Origin: Thermoplasmata archaeon
GTDB taxonomy: Archaea; Thermoplasmatota; Thermoplasmata; Lutacidiplasmatales; UBA184
NCBI GenBank assembly: GCA_021809545.1
Contig: JAKAYL010000002.1
Coordinates: forward strand, 78,411-142,410
Reading direction: 5' to 3'
DNA: 64,000 bases
The translations under genes and the position numbers were made by a program. The first letter of the stretch is position 1. The number at the start of each line of letters is the position of its first letter. The notes beneath the pieces were generated by a model. It was not told where the DNA came from. It did no database searches and saw only the letters and a program-made list of their open reading frames with translations. Shown piece after piece: positions 24,888-34,238 of this stretch.

Positions 24888-25622
24888 ATGAAGGGAGCGC
24901 TCTACCTCACCGACGCCTATCGAAAGGAGTTCGATTCCTCCGTCTCCTCCCACGTCCCAGGGGGAGTGATCCTTGAGGAGACTGGTTTCTACCCGACGGG
25001 AGGCGGACAGCCCTCGGACAGGGGCCAGCTCGTCTCCGCCGAAGGGAGACCCTGGCCCGTCGCCTCGGTGGAGAAGTCCGAACAGGGGATCGTTCACCGG
25101 ATCGAGGGGGAACTTCCCCCCGTGGGAACGAAGGTCCATGGGGTGCTCGACTGGGACCTGCGGTACTCCCACATGCGCTACCATACGTGCCTCCACATCC
25201 TGAGCGGGGTCGTGTTCCACCGCTTTGGGAGCGTCATCACGGGGAATCAGATCTACCCCGACAAGGCCCGGATGGACCTTTCGTTGCCGGAGTTCACCCC
25301 CCAGGTCGCGGACGAGATCATCGCCGAGGTGAACCGCGTCGTGGAGCGGAACCTCCCGGTGGAGGTCCGGTCCATCAGCCGGGCCGCGGCGGACCAGGAC
25401 CCGAACCTCGTTCGGGTCTCCCGGAACCTCATGCCGGACGTGAGCGAGGTGCGCCTGATCGACATCGTCGGGTTCGATGTGCAGGCCGACGGCGGGACCC
25501 ACGTCCGATCCACGAGCGAGGTCGGCCAGGTCCGGCTCCTCAAGACCGAGAACAAGGGCTCCAAGAACAAGCGGCTCTACGTGGTGGCCGAGCCTCCGGC
25601 CCTTGGGGGAAGCCCCCCGTAG
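24888..25622 (+). CDS. alaX: AlaX-type alanyl-tRNA editing protein (AlaX-M-like)
   Basis: ATG 24888: MKGALYLTDAYRKEF...FYPTGGGQPSDRG (N-terminal barrel), then HMRYHTCLHIL (HxxxH) and ADGGTHVRSTSEVG (CxxxH position). Confidence 0.85.
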   Translation: MKGALYLTDAYRKEFDSSVSSHVPGGVILEETGFYPTGGGQPSDRGQLVSAEGRPWPVASVEKSEQGIVHRIEGELPPVGTKVHGVLDWDLRYSHMRYHTCLHILSGVVFHRFGSVITGNQIYPDKARMDLSLPEFTPQVADEIIAEVNRVVERNLPVEVRSISRAAADQDPNLVRVSRNLMPDVSEVRLIDIVGFDVQADGGTHVRSTSEVGQVRLLKTENKGSKNKRLYVVAEPPALGGSPP

Positions 25623-25664
25623 CCACTTCCGAAACCCTTTATTCTCGGGACTATCGCTCCTCGC

Positions 25665-26141
25665 ATGGACGAAGCCCTCAAGAAGCAGGCGCTCCGCATG
25701 ATCAACTACGGACTTTACGTGATGACCTCCACCGACGGGAAGGATGTGGCCGCCGGCACGGTCAACTGGGTCTCCCAGTGCTCCTTCAAGCCCCCCCTCG
25801 TCATGGTCGGGGTGAAGGGGGACAGCCATCTCCACGCGCTGGTCGAGAAGAGCCGACGGTTCGCCGTGAACATCCTCGCCGACGGACAGAAGGACCTCGC
25901 CAACGACTTTTTCAAGCCCACCCAGACCTCCGAGGGCACGCTCAACGGAAGGCCCTACGTGGCCGGCTCCACCGGATGCCCCCTCCTGACGGACACGCCC
26001 GCCTCGTTCGAGTGCCGGGTGGCCGAGATCGTCCACCAAGGGGACCACAGCGTGATCGTGGGCGAGGTCGTGGACGCCCACGTGCGGAAGACGGCCGAGC
26101 CGCTCCATATGCGGACCACCGGCTGGTTCTACGGAGGATAG
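25665..26141 (+). CDS. flavin reductase-like FMN-binding protein
   Basis: 158 aa: NYGLYVMTSTDG...AGTVNWVSQCSFKPPLVMVGV...FAVNIL...HSVIVGEVV, the HpaC-like flavin reductase pattern. It ends 3 nt before the acyl-CoA dehydrogenase gene. Confidence 0.8.
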   Translation: MDEALKKQALRMINYGLYVMTSTDGKDVAAGTVNWVSQCSFKPPLVMVGVKGDSHLHALVEKSRRFAVNILADGQKDLANDFFKPTQTSEGTLNGRPYVAGSTGCPLLTDTPASFECRVAEIVHQGDHSVIVGEVVDAHVRKTAEPLHMRTTGWFYGG

Positions 26142-26144
26142 ACG

Positions 26145-27338
26145 ATGGATTTCAATCTCTCAGAAGAAGAGGCCAGCATCCAGGCCACGGTCCGACGGTT
26201 CGGGGACGAGTTTCTGCGCCCCCGCGAGCGGAAGATCGACGAGGGTGACCAGATCCCGCGCGAAGTGGCGGCCGAGATGGGGCGCCTTGGGATCCTTGCC
26301 ATGCCGGTCCCTGAAGCCTACGGTGGGATGGGAGCCAGCGCTTCCCAGACGGAGCTCGTGGCCGAGGAGATCGGTCGGGGAGACCTCTCGATGGCGACCG
26401 CGGTCTTCTTCTTGCTGGAGGCGGGCTGGGGCTACCTGCTCGCCAAGTACGGGACCGAGGAGGCCAAGAAGGAGGTGCTGCCCCCGGTGACCCGGGGAGA
26501 GCACTTCCTCGGCATCGGGAGCACGGAGCCCAGCGGAGGGAGCGACATCGCCAACATCAAGACCGTCTCCTGGCGCGAGGGGGACGAGTTCGTCATCCGG
26601 GGAGAGAAGGCCTTCATCTCCGGGGTCATCGAGGCCCGCGACTGGGGCGGAGGGCATCTCACCATCACCAAGCAGAAGGACGGACCAGGGTTCAACCTGC
26701 TGTACGTCCCGACGCAGACGAAGGGGATCGAGGTCACCCGTTTCAAGAACATGGGACGGATGGGGATCTCCACCGGCGGCCTCGTCTACGACGACGTGCG
26801 GGTACCTGCCCGCTATCTCGTCGGGAAGGAGGGAGGAGGGCTCCCGCTCGTCATGCAGGGATTCACCGTCGCGAGGACCTTCGTTTCTTCCGCCTGCGTC
26901 GGGGCCGCGGAACGCGCCCTTGAGACGGGAAAGGAATACATCAAGGTCCGCCAGGTATTCGGCCGGCCCCTCGGGAAATTCGAGGGGATCCAGTTCGAGC
27001 TCGCCGACCTCCACGCCATGGTCGAGGCGGTGAAGTGGCAGTGCCGGAAAGCGGCCTGGCTCGTGGACCAGCGGATCTTCTCGGGCAAGACCTCCCACGA
27101 TCCCGAGGTGGATCTCGCGGTCTCCGCCGTGAAGCTGATGGCCCCTGAGCTGGCCTTCGATGCGATCAAGAAGGTCATGATGTGGTTCGGTGCCGCCGGG
27201 TACACGCGCGAGGTCGGGCTCGAGATGGGCCTCCGCGGGGTCACGAGCTATGTGGTCGGCGCCGAGGGCGGGAAGAACGTCATGCGCCTCATCATGGGAC
27301 GCGAGCTTCTCGGCAAGGAGTTCCTCCCCTACCGATAG
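26145..27338 (+). CDS. acyl-CoA dehydrogenase
   Basis: 397 aa with GIGSTEPSGGSDIANIKT, GEKAFISG, QVFGRPLGKFEGIQFELADL and the catalytic-Glu region YTREVGLE. Confidence 0.9.
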   Translation: MDFNLSEEEASIQATVRRFGDEFLRPRERKIDEGDQIPREVAAEMGRLGILAMPVPEAYGGMGASASQTELVAEEIGRGDLSMATAVFFLLEAGWGYLLAKYGTEEAKKEVLPPVTRGEHFLGIGSTEPSGGSDIANIKTVSWREGDEFVIRGEKAFISGVIEARDWGGGHLTITKQKDGPGFNLLYVPTQTKGIEVTRFKNMGRMGISTGGLVYDDVRVPARYLVGKEGGGLPLVMQGFTVARTFVSSACVGAAERALETGKEYIKVRQVFGRPLGKFEGIQFELADLHAMVEAVKWQCRKAAWLVDQRIFSGKTSHDPEVDLAVSAVKLMAPELAFDAIKKVMMWFGAAGYTREVGLEMGLRGVTSYVVGAEGGKNVMRLIMGRELLGKEFLPYR

Positions 27339-27402
27339 ACCGACTTCCGGGGGAGAGGGAAATCGCCCCTCCCCGACCGCACGGGGAACCGGCGACCCCC
27401 CA

Positions 27403-27432
27403 CCTCGCGCACTTTTTCGCGTGGGCGCGAGG
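27403..27432 (+). terminator. inverted repeat with internal T5 tract downstream of the acyl-CoA dehydrogenase gene
   Basis: CCTCGCGC (27403-27410) and GCGCGAGG (27425-27432) are perfect complements flanking ACTTTTTCGCGTGG. The oligo-T at 27413-27417 is the usual archaeal termination signal. Confidence 0.3.
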
Positions 27433-27438
27433 CAAATC

Positions 27439-27444
27439 TTATAG
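27439..27444 (+). promoter_or_regulatory. TATA box (TTATAG) for carA-carB
   Basis: 29 nt upstream of GTG 27473. It supports the GTG start because no in-frame ATG is available. Confidence 0.4.
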
Positions 27445-27472
27445 ACTTCTGGGGGGGCTCTATCTCCCCTGA

Positions 27473-28642
27473 GTGTCTCACGAAAGACGGCGCCCCCCGG
27501 CACCAGCCCATGACGGAAAGAGGGGGATTCTTTTTCTTGAGGACGGGACCCTCTTCGAGGGCCAAGGGCTCGGTGCCCCGGGCACCACCTACGGGGAAGT
27601 CGTCTTCACCACCGGCATGGCCGGCTATCCTGAGTCACTGACCGATCCCTCGTATCGCGGCCAGATCCTCCTCTTCACTTACCCCCTTCTCGGGAACTAC
27701 GGGATCCCTTCCGCCAGCTCTCGGGACAAGTTCGGGCTCCCGGTGGGCCTGGAGTCACGCAAGATCCAGCCCCGGGCGACCCTCTTCCGCTCCCTCACCT
27801 CTCCTCACCACTGGCAGTCGAGCGCTTCGCTGGACAGTTGGTTGCAACGGGAGGGGATCCCCGGCATCGAAGGGATCGACACCCGCCGTCTCACCGGCCT
27901 CCTGCGGTCCGGAGGAGTCCAACGCGGGCTCGTAGTCGTGGGTCGGGAGATCCCTTCGCCCGAGGAGCTCGCGAAATCACTTTCCCGGCTTCCGCGGTAT
28001 CAAGAGGAGAATCTGGTGCGGGAGGTCGCCCCCCGACGCCCCGAGTGGATCTCCTCCGGGGAGAAGAACCGCCCGGCCGTCGCCGTTGTGGACTGCGGTT
28101 GCAAGGCGAGCATCCTGCGGGCCCTCCTGCAACGCCGGCTCGACGTCCTTCGCCTGCCCCCGGGACATCCTCTTCCTGAACGATGGGACGGGCGGCCCAT
28201 CCGGGGCTTCCTCCTCGGGAATGGCCCCGGGGACCCGGAGCTCCTGACCGAGGTGATCGAGAGCATTCGCGAGCGCCCGCGCCGGGGGCCGCTCCTCGGC
28301 ATCTGCCTCGGGCACCAGCTCTTTGCCCTCGCCTCCGGAGCCCGAACCTACAAGATGAAATACGGACACCGGGGACAGAACAAGCCTGTCCTCTTCGGGG
28401 CCCCCATCGACAAGGGCTACATCCTCTCCGAGAACCACGGCTTCGCCGTGGACCCTGCCTCGCTCAAGAAGGCGGGGCTCCGGGCCTGGGCCCACGACCC
28501 GGACGACGGCACGCTCGAAGGACTCCGTGCGACGAACGACCGGGCCTTCGCCGTGCAGGGGCACCCCGAGGGCGCGCCGGGACCCCGGGAGGCTGGCTTC
28601 ATTTTCGACGAGTTCGTGCGCCAGGTGGAGAAGGCGGCATGA
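27473..28642 (+). CDS. carA: carbamoyl-phosphate synthase small (glutaminase) subunit
   Basis: ILFLEDGTLFEGQG...VVFTTGMAGYPESLTDPSYRGQIL, and the class I amidotransferase triad region LLGICLGHQL...HGF. Confidence 0.93.
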   Translation: MSHERRRPPAPAHDGKRGILFLEDGTLFEGQGLGAPGTTYGEVVFTTGMAGYPESLTDPSYRGQILLFTYPLLGNYGIPSASSRDKFGLPVGLESRKIQPRATLFRSLTSPHHWQSSASLDSWLQREGIPGIEGIDTRRLTGLLRSGGVQRGLVVVGREIPSPEELAKSLSRLPRYQEENLVREVAPRRPEWISSGEKNRPAVAVVDCGCKASILRALLQRRLDVLRLPPGHPLPERWDGRPIRGFLLGNGPGDPELLTEVIESIRERPRRGPLLGICLGHQLFALASGARTYKMKYGHRGQNKPVLFGAPIDKGYILSENHGFAVDPASLKKAGLRAWAHDPDDGTLEGLRATNDRAFAVQGHPEGAPGPREAGFIFDEFVRQVEKAA

Positions 28643-31600
28643 AGCAGTTCCGTCCTTCCAAGGTCGCGGTCCTCGGGAGCGGCGCCCTCAAGATCGGGGA
28701 GGCCGGCGAGTTCGATTACTCGGGCAGCCAGTCCCTCAACGCGCTCGATGAGGAGGGGATCCCCTTCCTCGTGGTGAACCCGAACATCGCCACCTTACAG
28801 ACCGACCCCCGCAAGGGACGATCGATCTATTTCGTGCCGGTCACCCCCGACTTCGTCGAGCCCATCCTCGAGAGCGAGAAGGTGGATGGTCTCTTCCTCT
28901 CCTTCGGAGGGCAGAGCGCCCTCAACTGCGGGGTCCAACTCGAGGACCGGGGAGTCCTGAAGCGACTTGGAGTCCGGGTCCTCGGGACGCCCATCGAGGG
29001 CATCAAGCAGACCGAGGACCGGGCCCTGTTTGCCAAGTTGATGGAGAGTTGCGGGGTGCCCGTCCTCCGAAGCCATGCGGTCTACTCGATGGAGGAGGCC
29101 CGGACCACGGCCCAAGAGCTCGGCTATCCCCTCATCTCCCGGGTCGCCTATACGCTCGGCGGGAAGGGGGGCGGCATGGTGCGTGGGCCCGAGGACCTCG
29201 AGGCGGTCGTGGGCCGGGGGCTGCGGGCAAGTCCCGTCCACCAGGTACTCCTCGAGCGTTACGTCGGGAGCTTCAAGCAGATCGAGTACGAGGTCGTGCG
29301 GGACCGCAAGGGGAACTCGCTCACGGTCTGCAACATGGAAAACATCCTCGGGATGCGCGTCCACACGGGGGACAACATGGTCGTCGCCCCGTCGCAGACC
29401 CTGACGGACACCGAGTACCAGATGCTCCGGGCCGCGGCGCTGCGCGCGGTGGCCGCCGCCGGCATCGTCGGTGAGTGCAACATCCAATTCGCCGTGGACC
29501 CGGAGAGCCTGGAGTACTTCGCGATCGAGATCAACGCCCGACTTTCCCGCTCGAGCGCCCTGGCCAGCAAGGCCACGGGGTATCCGATCGCCTACGTGGC
29601 CGCGAAGCTCGCCCTGGGCTACACGCTGCCCGAGCTGAAGAACCGGATCACGGGCCGTACAACGGCCTTCTTCGAGCCGGCGATGGACTACGTTGTCGTC
29701 AAGTACCCCCGATGGGACCTTGAGAAGTTCCCTCACGCGGAGCGGCGCCTGGGACCTACGATGAAGTCCGTCGGGGAGGCGATGGGCGTCGGCGGATCCT
29801 TCCGGGAGGCCCTCATGAAGGCTCACCGGATGGCGAACCAGAGCGAGGACCTCGAGCCCCCGAAGGCCCCCCGGAGCCGGGAAGAGGTGCTTGCGGACCT
29901 CCGGGAGCCGAAACCTGACGTTTTCACCACCCTCATGGAGGCGCTTTCCCAGGGGATCTCGATCAAAGACATCGCCCAGGTGACGTGGATCGACGAGTGG
30001 TTCGTCCGGGAGTTCGCCGAGATCCACCAGACCCTCGGGGAGGTGGGTCGCCGCGGTGTGCGCGGCCTCTCCCGGGAGATGCTGCTCCGAGCCAAGAGGG
30101 ACGGCCTCTCCGATGGCGCCATCGCCCGGCGGGTGGGCCAAAAGGAGGAGGAGATCCGGAAGCGTCGGAAGGAGCTGCGGATCCTCCCCGCCTCCCGCAT
30201 GATCGACACGCTGGCCAACGAGTGGCCGAGCCGGACGAACTACCTCTACCTCACCTACTGGGGCGAGGGCGACGACGTGAAGCCCCTCCCCCTGGGAAGT
30301 ATCCTGGTGCTCGGCGCGGGGCCCTATCGCATCGGAAGCTCCGTGGAGTTCGACTGGTCCACCATGAACCTGGTCGAGGCCCTGCGGGCGGAGGGGGTCG
30401 GTTCGGTCTCTGTTCTGAACTCCAACCCGGAGACGGTCTCGACCGACTACGACCGCTCCGACCGGCTCTACTTCGACGAGATCACCCTCGAACGCGTCCG
30501 GGACATCCTCGACAAGGAGCGGTTCAAAGGGGTCGTGACCTCCGTCGGGAGCCAGCTCGCGCAGAACCTCACCCCCGAGCTCGCCCGGCACGGGATCCGC
30601 ATCCTCGGGACCCCGAGCGCCTCCATCGAATCCGCGGAGGACCGGAACCGCTTCTCCACGATCGTGGAGCGGGAAGGGATCCCGCAACCCCCCTGGCGCG
30701 CCTTCACCCGCCTTGAGGAAGCCCGTCAGTTCGCCTCCGAGGTCGGATACCCCGTCCTCGTGCGTCCTTCCTTCGTCCTGAGCGGCCGCGCGATGCGGGT
30801 CGTTCCTGGTGAGCGGGACCTCGAGCGCTTCCTCCTCGACGCCGCGGACGTCTCGAAGGAGCACCCGGTCGTCATCAGCAAGTTCGTCGAGGGAGCCATG
30901 GAGATCGATCTCGATGCTGTCTCGGACGGTCGCCGGGTCCTGGTGGCCGGTATCCTCGAGCATGTGGAGAACGCTGGGGTGCACTCGGGGGACGCGATCA
31001 TGGTCCTCCCTCCGCGTATCACGCCGGCCCACGTGCAGGAGAAGCTGGTCGATATCGCCCGCACCCTGGCCCGCAAGCTCCACGTCCGGGGACCGTTCAA
31101 CCTCCAGTTCCTGGTGCGCGGGGAGGATGTCTTCGTGATCGAGATGAACCTCCGGGCCTCGCGCTCCCTCCCCTTCGCCACCAAGGCGGTCGGCTATCCG
31201 TTCATGAAGGAGGTGGCCCGCTCGATGCTCGGGAAGCCACTCTCCCGCGAAGGCGTTATGATGCCACCCTTTGGCCGTTGGGGCGTCAAGGCGCCTCAGT
31301 TCTCCTTCTTCCAAGTCGACCGGGCCGACCCGCTCCTGGGGGTCGAGATGCAATCGACCGGAGAGGTTGCCTGTTTCGGACCGACGTTCGCGGATGCCTT
31401 CGTGAAGGCGATGGTCGCGACCGGGGTGAAGGTGGTCAAGGAGGGAGGCGAGGCCTTCCTCTCCGTTGGCGGTCCCGAGCTCAAGGAGCGCATCCTGCCC
31501 GGCGCCCTCGCCATGGAGCGGCTGGGGTTCAAGGTCAGCGCCACGGAGGACACCGCCGAGTTCCTTTGCGCCAATGGGGTCCGGAACGTCCGGGTGCTCT

Positions 31601-31986
31601 ACAAGCTCATGGAGCCCGAGCGCAAGCCGAACCTCCGGGACGCGATCGAGGGAGGGGAGGTGGACCTCGTCGTCAACGTGCCCTCCTCCTTCACCCAAGA
31701 GAAACTGGAGCGGATGCTCGAGGACGACTACAAGCTGCGCCGGATGGCCGTCGAGCTAGCGATCCCGCTCTTCACGAGCGTCGAGACCTACCTCGCCTAT
31801 GTGGAGGGGCTCTCCTGGCTAAGGGAGCACCCGGTGACCACGGAGGGGCTCGGGCTGCCCACCCGGACACGCTCGCTGAACCAACCCAGGAGCGTGGACC
31901 TGAGCGACACCTCCTCCCGAATGCGGTCCAAGGCGACCCCCCTCCCCTTCCGCCCCGCCGAGGCGGGCGAGAAGGGAAAGCCGTAG
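28639..31986 (+). CDS. carB: carbamoyl-phosphate synthase large subunit
   Basis: ATG 28639 overlaps the carA stop (ATGA). MKQFRPSKVAVLGSGALKIGEAGEFDYSGSQ, two ATP-grasp halves (second begins ILVLGAGPYRIGSSVEFDW), and an MGS-like C-terminal domain. The last ~45 aa are a low-complexity tail overlapping truA. Confidence 0.95.
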   Translation: MKQFRPSKVAVLGSGALKIGEAGEFDYSGSQSLNALDEEGIPFLVVNPNIATLQTDPRKGRSIYFVPVTPDFVEPILESEKVDGLFLSFGGQSALNCGVQLEDRGVLKRLGVRVLGTPIEGIKQTEDRALFAKLMESCGVPVLRSHAVYSMEEARTTAQELGYPLISRVAYTLGGKGGGMVRGPEDLEAVVGRGLRASPVHQVLLERYVGSFKQIEYEVVRDRKGNSLTVCNMENILGMRVHTGDNMVVAPSQTLTDTEYQMLRAAALRAVAAAGIVGECNIQFAVDPESLEYFAIEINARLSRSSALASKATGYPIAYVAAKLALGYTLPELKNRITGRTTAFFEPAMDYVVVKYPRWDLEKFPHAERRLGPTMKSVGEAMGVGGSFREALMKAHRMANQSEDLEPPKAPRSREEVLADLREPKPDVFTTLMEALSQGISIKDIAQVTWIDEWFVREFAEIHQTLGEVGRRGVRGLSREMLLRAKRDGLSDGAIARRVGQKEEEIRKRRKELRILPASRMIDTLANEWPSRTNYLYLTYWGEGDDVKPLPLGSILVLGAGPYRIGSSVEFDWSTMNLVEALRAEGVGSVSVLNSNPETVSTDYDRSDRLYFDEITLERVRDILDKERFKGVVTSVGSQLAQNLTPELARHGIRILGTPSASIESAEDRNRFSTIVEREGIPQPPWRAFTRLEEARQFASEVGYPVLVRPSFVLSGRAMRVVPGERDLERFLLDAADVSKEHPVVISKFVEGAMEIDLDAVSDGRRVLVAGILEHVENAGVHSGDAIMVLPPRITPAHVQEKLVDIARTLARKLHVRGPFNLQFLVRGEDVFVIEMNLRASRSLPFATKAVGYPFMKEVARSMLGKPLSREGVMMPPFGRWGVKAPQFSFFQVDRADPLLGVEMQSTGEVACFGPTFADAFVKAMVATGVKVVKEGGEAFLSVGGPELKERILPGALAMERLGFKVSATEDTAEFLCANGVRNVRVLYKLMEPERKPNLRDAIEGGEVDLVVNVPSSFTQEKLERMLEDDYKLRRMAVELAIPLFTSVETYLAYVEGLSWLREHPVTTEGLGLPTRTRSLNQPRSVDLSDTSSRMRSKATPLPFRPAEAGEKGKP

Positions 31987-32681
31987 TCCACGTCCATCAG
32001 GACGAGACCTTCTGGCGGCGCGAGCGGGAGGGTGAGCGTACGGCCACCGTTCAGGGCCTCTCGGAGCTCTCGGCGCGTCAACTTCCGATCGACCACGAGG
32101 AGCGAGGAGGCCACGATCTTCCGGACCATCCCCCAAAGGAAGGAGGGGGCCACAAGGTCGATCCGGGCCAGGTCCCCCTGGAGGGAGAGGCCGACGCTCG
32201 TAAGCTCCCGCTCGGTCCCCCGGGGTACGGCGTCCTTCCGGGAAAAGGAGGTGAAATCGTGATGCCCGACGAACTCCTCGAGGACCGAGTAGAGGTCCTC
32301 CGGGTCACGTCCGTGCAGGGGAAGGAGGTAGCGGTACCACCGCTGACGGGCCTTCCGCAGATTGAACTCCGGCGGTACGGGGGCGTACCCGAAGCAGAAG
32401 ACCCTGTCGTCGATGGAGTTGAGCATCCCAACGAGGCCCACGCCGGAGATCCGCCCGCCCTCCAGGGCGATGACGTTCCCCAGGGCATGCACTCCCCGGT
32501 CCGTCCGGCTCGCGATCGGGAGACGGTGGTTCGCTAGCGCGAGTCCCTGTCGCTCAATCCCGGAGACCAGGAGGGATTCTACGGTCGGCTTCCCGGGCTG
32601 CTGAGCGTACCCGAAAAGTCCCTCGGAAAGGTACCCTATCTTGAGGGCAAACCGGCGGGGAGGGTTCTCTCGGTGAACCAT
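31797..32681 (-). CDS. truA: tRNA pseudouridine(38-40) synthase
   Basis: FGYAQQPG..., catalytic ASRTDRGVHALGNV, and the archaeal-type C-terminal region GLVLMDVDY. Confidence 0.9.
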   Translation of the reverse strand: MVHRENPPRRFALKIGYLSEGLFGYAQQPGKPTVESLLVSGIERQGLALANHRLPIASRTDRGVHALGNVIALEGGRISGVGLVGMLNSIDDRVFCFGYAPVPPEFNLRKARQRWYRYLLPLHGRDPEDLYSVLEEFVGHHDFTSFSRKDAVPRGTERELTSVGLSLQGDLARIDLVAPSFLWGMVRKIVASSLLVVDRKLTRRELREALNGGRTLTLPLAPPEGLVLMDVDYGFPFSPASAGRKGRGVALDRIREEVSLRSTLLGWFSERVRVGSPSPSVVTGCSLSQESPST

Positions 32682-32744
32682 GTACCGTCAACAGGCAGGG
32701 TAAGATAACCTGCGTCGGAGCCCCGCGGACGGGGAAAGGGGACC

Positions 32745-33446
32745 TCAGAGGGGAAGCTTGGTGATGGTGTACTCGGGGACCATGGTGGAGGTGTCCTCGA
32801 CCCCGCCCACCTTGGCGACCTTCTCGATGATGAATTCGAGCACGTGGCGCTTGCCCGCACCCTCCTTCGGAGGGAACTCGAGCATGACGAGGAGATCCCA
32901 GTCTCCCGTGATCACATGGATTTCCTTGACTTCGGGGAAGGCGAGCAGGGCGCTCTTCACCTTCTCGAGCTCGGCGGTCTTGACCTTGAGATAGCTGAAG
33001 GATCGGACGAACGTGGGTTCCGCAGGCAGAGCCGTCGCCAACCGTTCGGTGGTGAAGGCTTCCGGGCCCTCCAGCCGGTGGGGAGTACCAGGCACGAGGA
33101 GCACAGGGTAGCGGTCGGATCCCTTGAAGTGCTCCACCACTTGGGTGAGCGGGTTCGCCCGGCCAAGGTCGGTGACCTTGAGCGAGTACCCCCGTTTCGC
33201 GGCCACCTCCTCAACGAGGGCCACCACGCGGGCCTGGTCGTCGGAGAGCATGTATTCCACTTGGGCATCGCCCATGCCGCTGGAACCGGAGTCCACCCAT
33301 CCGGGAGAAACTCCGGCAGTGTCGGGTCCGGGAGCCTGCAGCTGGGACGACTTGGGGCGATAGAAGGAAGTTACCACCTTCCGGCTCTTCACGTAGAGAT
33401 GAGCTTCGGGCGGATTCTTTGTCTCCATCGATCCCCTCGTACGCAC
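32745..33446 (-). CDS. Lrp/AsnC-type ligand-binding (RAM) domain protein without recognisable HTH
   Basis: C-terminal ~80 aa: SFSYLKVKTAELEKVKSALLAFPEVKEIHVITGDWDLLVMLEF...IEKVAKVGGVEDTSTMV, the AsnC/RAM pattern. The N-terminal ~100 aa is unassigned. The start is uncertain; ATG 33275 is an alternative, since codons 33276-33446 are AT3-richer. Confidence 0.65.
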   Translation of the reverse strand: MRTRGSMETKNPPEAHLYVKSRKVVTSFYRPKSSQLQAPGPDTAGVSPGWVDSGSSGMGDAQVEYMLSDDQARVVALVEEVAAKRGYSLKVTDLGRANPLTQVVEHFKGSDRYPVLLVPGTPHRLEGPEAFTTERLATALPAEPTFVRSFSYLKVKTAELEKVKSALLAFPEVKEIHVITGDWDLLVMLEFPPKEGAGKRHVLEFIIEKVAKVGGVEDTSTMVPEYTITKLPL

Positions 33447-33481
33447 CAGACTGTCAGGCTCCCGCGTTGGGTTGGGTCGGT

Positions 33482-33940
33482 TTAGAACCGGCGGGGCCGG
33501 TCTCGTCCGCCTCGGTCGTCGCCGCGGCCGTAGCCGCCGCCACCACCGCCACCGCCCCCGAAGGAGCGGCGCTCGGACATGAACTCCTGAGAGCTCATGT
33601 CAACGCTGGTGTTGACGTTGTCGATGGGGTCGGTCGCAGGGTTCATGTTCCCGTATCGGCCGACGTTCAGGCGCATGTGGCCACGGACGAGGCTCACGTA
33701 CCCGTTGTCGACCAGGATGATGTCATCCTTCTTGATCTTTCCAATCTGCTCGTTCCAGAGCGAGAGCGTAACCACGGCGCTGTCGTCTCCGATGATCGCT
33801 TCCGCGACCTTCTTCGACTCACCGTAGCGCCCCATCACTTCCTTGGCTTCTCCCACATTGACCACTTTGGCCAATATGTTCACTTGCTTCGAGCTCGGCG
33901 TCAGGTCCTTTATCTTCGTCAATACTTTCTCTTCTGGCAT
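33482..33940 (-). CDS. ssb: single-OB-fold ssDNA-binding protein with Gly/Arg-rich tail
   Basis: 152 aa: KIKDLTPSSKQVNILAKVVNVGEAKEV...AIIGDDSAVVTLSLWNEQIGKIKKDDIILVDNGYVSLVRGHMRLNVG (OB fold). The tail is GGGGGGGGYGRGDDRGGRDRPRRF. Confidence 0.75.
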   Translation of the reverse strand: MPEEKVLTKIKDLTPSSKQVNILAKVVNVGEAKEVMGRYGESKKVAEAIIGDDSAVVTLSLWNEQIGKIKKDDIILVDNGYVSLVRGHMRLNVGRYGNMNPATDPIDNVNTSVDMSSQEFMSERRSFGGGGGGGGGYGRGDDRGGRDRPRRF

Positions 33941-34230
33941 ATCTCTTTCCTCTTGTTTTCTTTGGCTTTTTCTTGAACTCGTCAGAACTGTCGAACGACC
34001 GTCATGCCTTCGGCAAGGGAATACAAGTGTTGAAACACTGCGCGTCCCACAGGCGAAATCACTCTTGTCGCTCTCCGGCTCTTCTTAGCTCAAGGGGCCT
34101 TGAGAACGGAAGGGGTATATGAATCTTGCCATCTTCGGGGAGAATCGGCCGGGGGCCTGTCGCTAGCCTTTCGGAGCCCGGCGTGGCCCGGACGGCCGGG
34201 AGTGTCGACGTTGCCATGGCAGGGAGGGGA

Positions 34231-34238
34231 TTCATATG
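34231..34238 (+). promoter_or_regulatory. TATA-like box (TTCATATG) for thioredoxin gene
   Basis: 30 nt upstream of ATG 34268. Confidence 0.35.

Noticed and set aside
28795-31698. 967-aa minus-strand ORF antisense to carB
   Set aside because: Same artefact. The composition is junk (G/E/D/R/L/P-rich), while the plus strand encodes full-length CarB.
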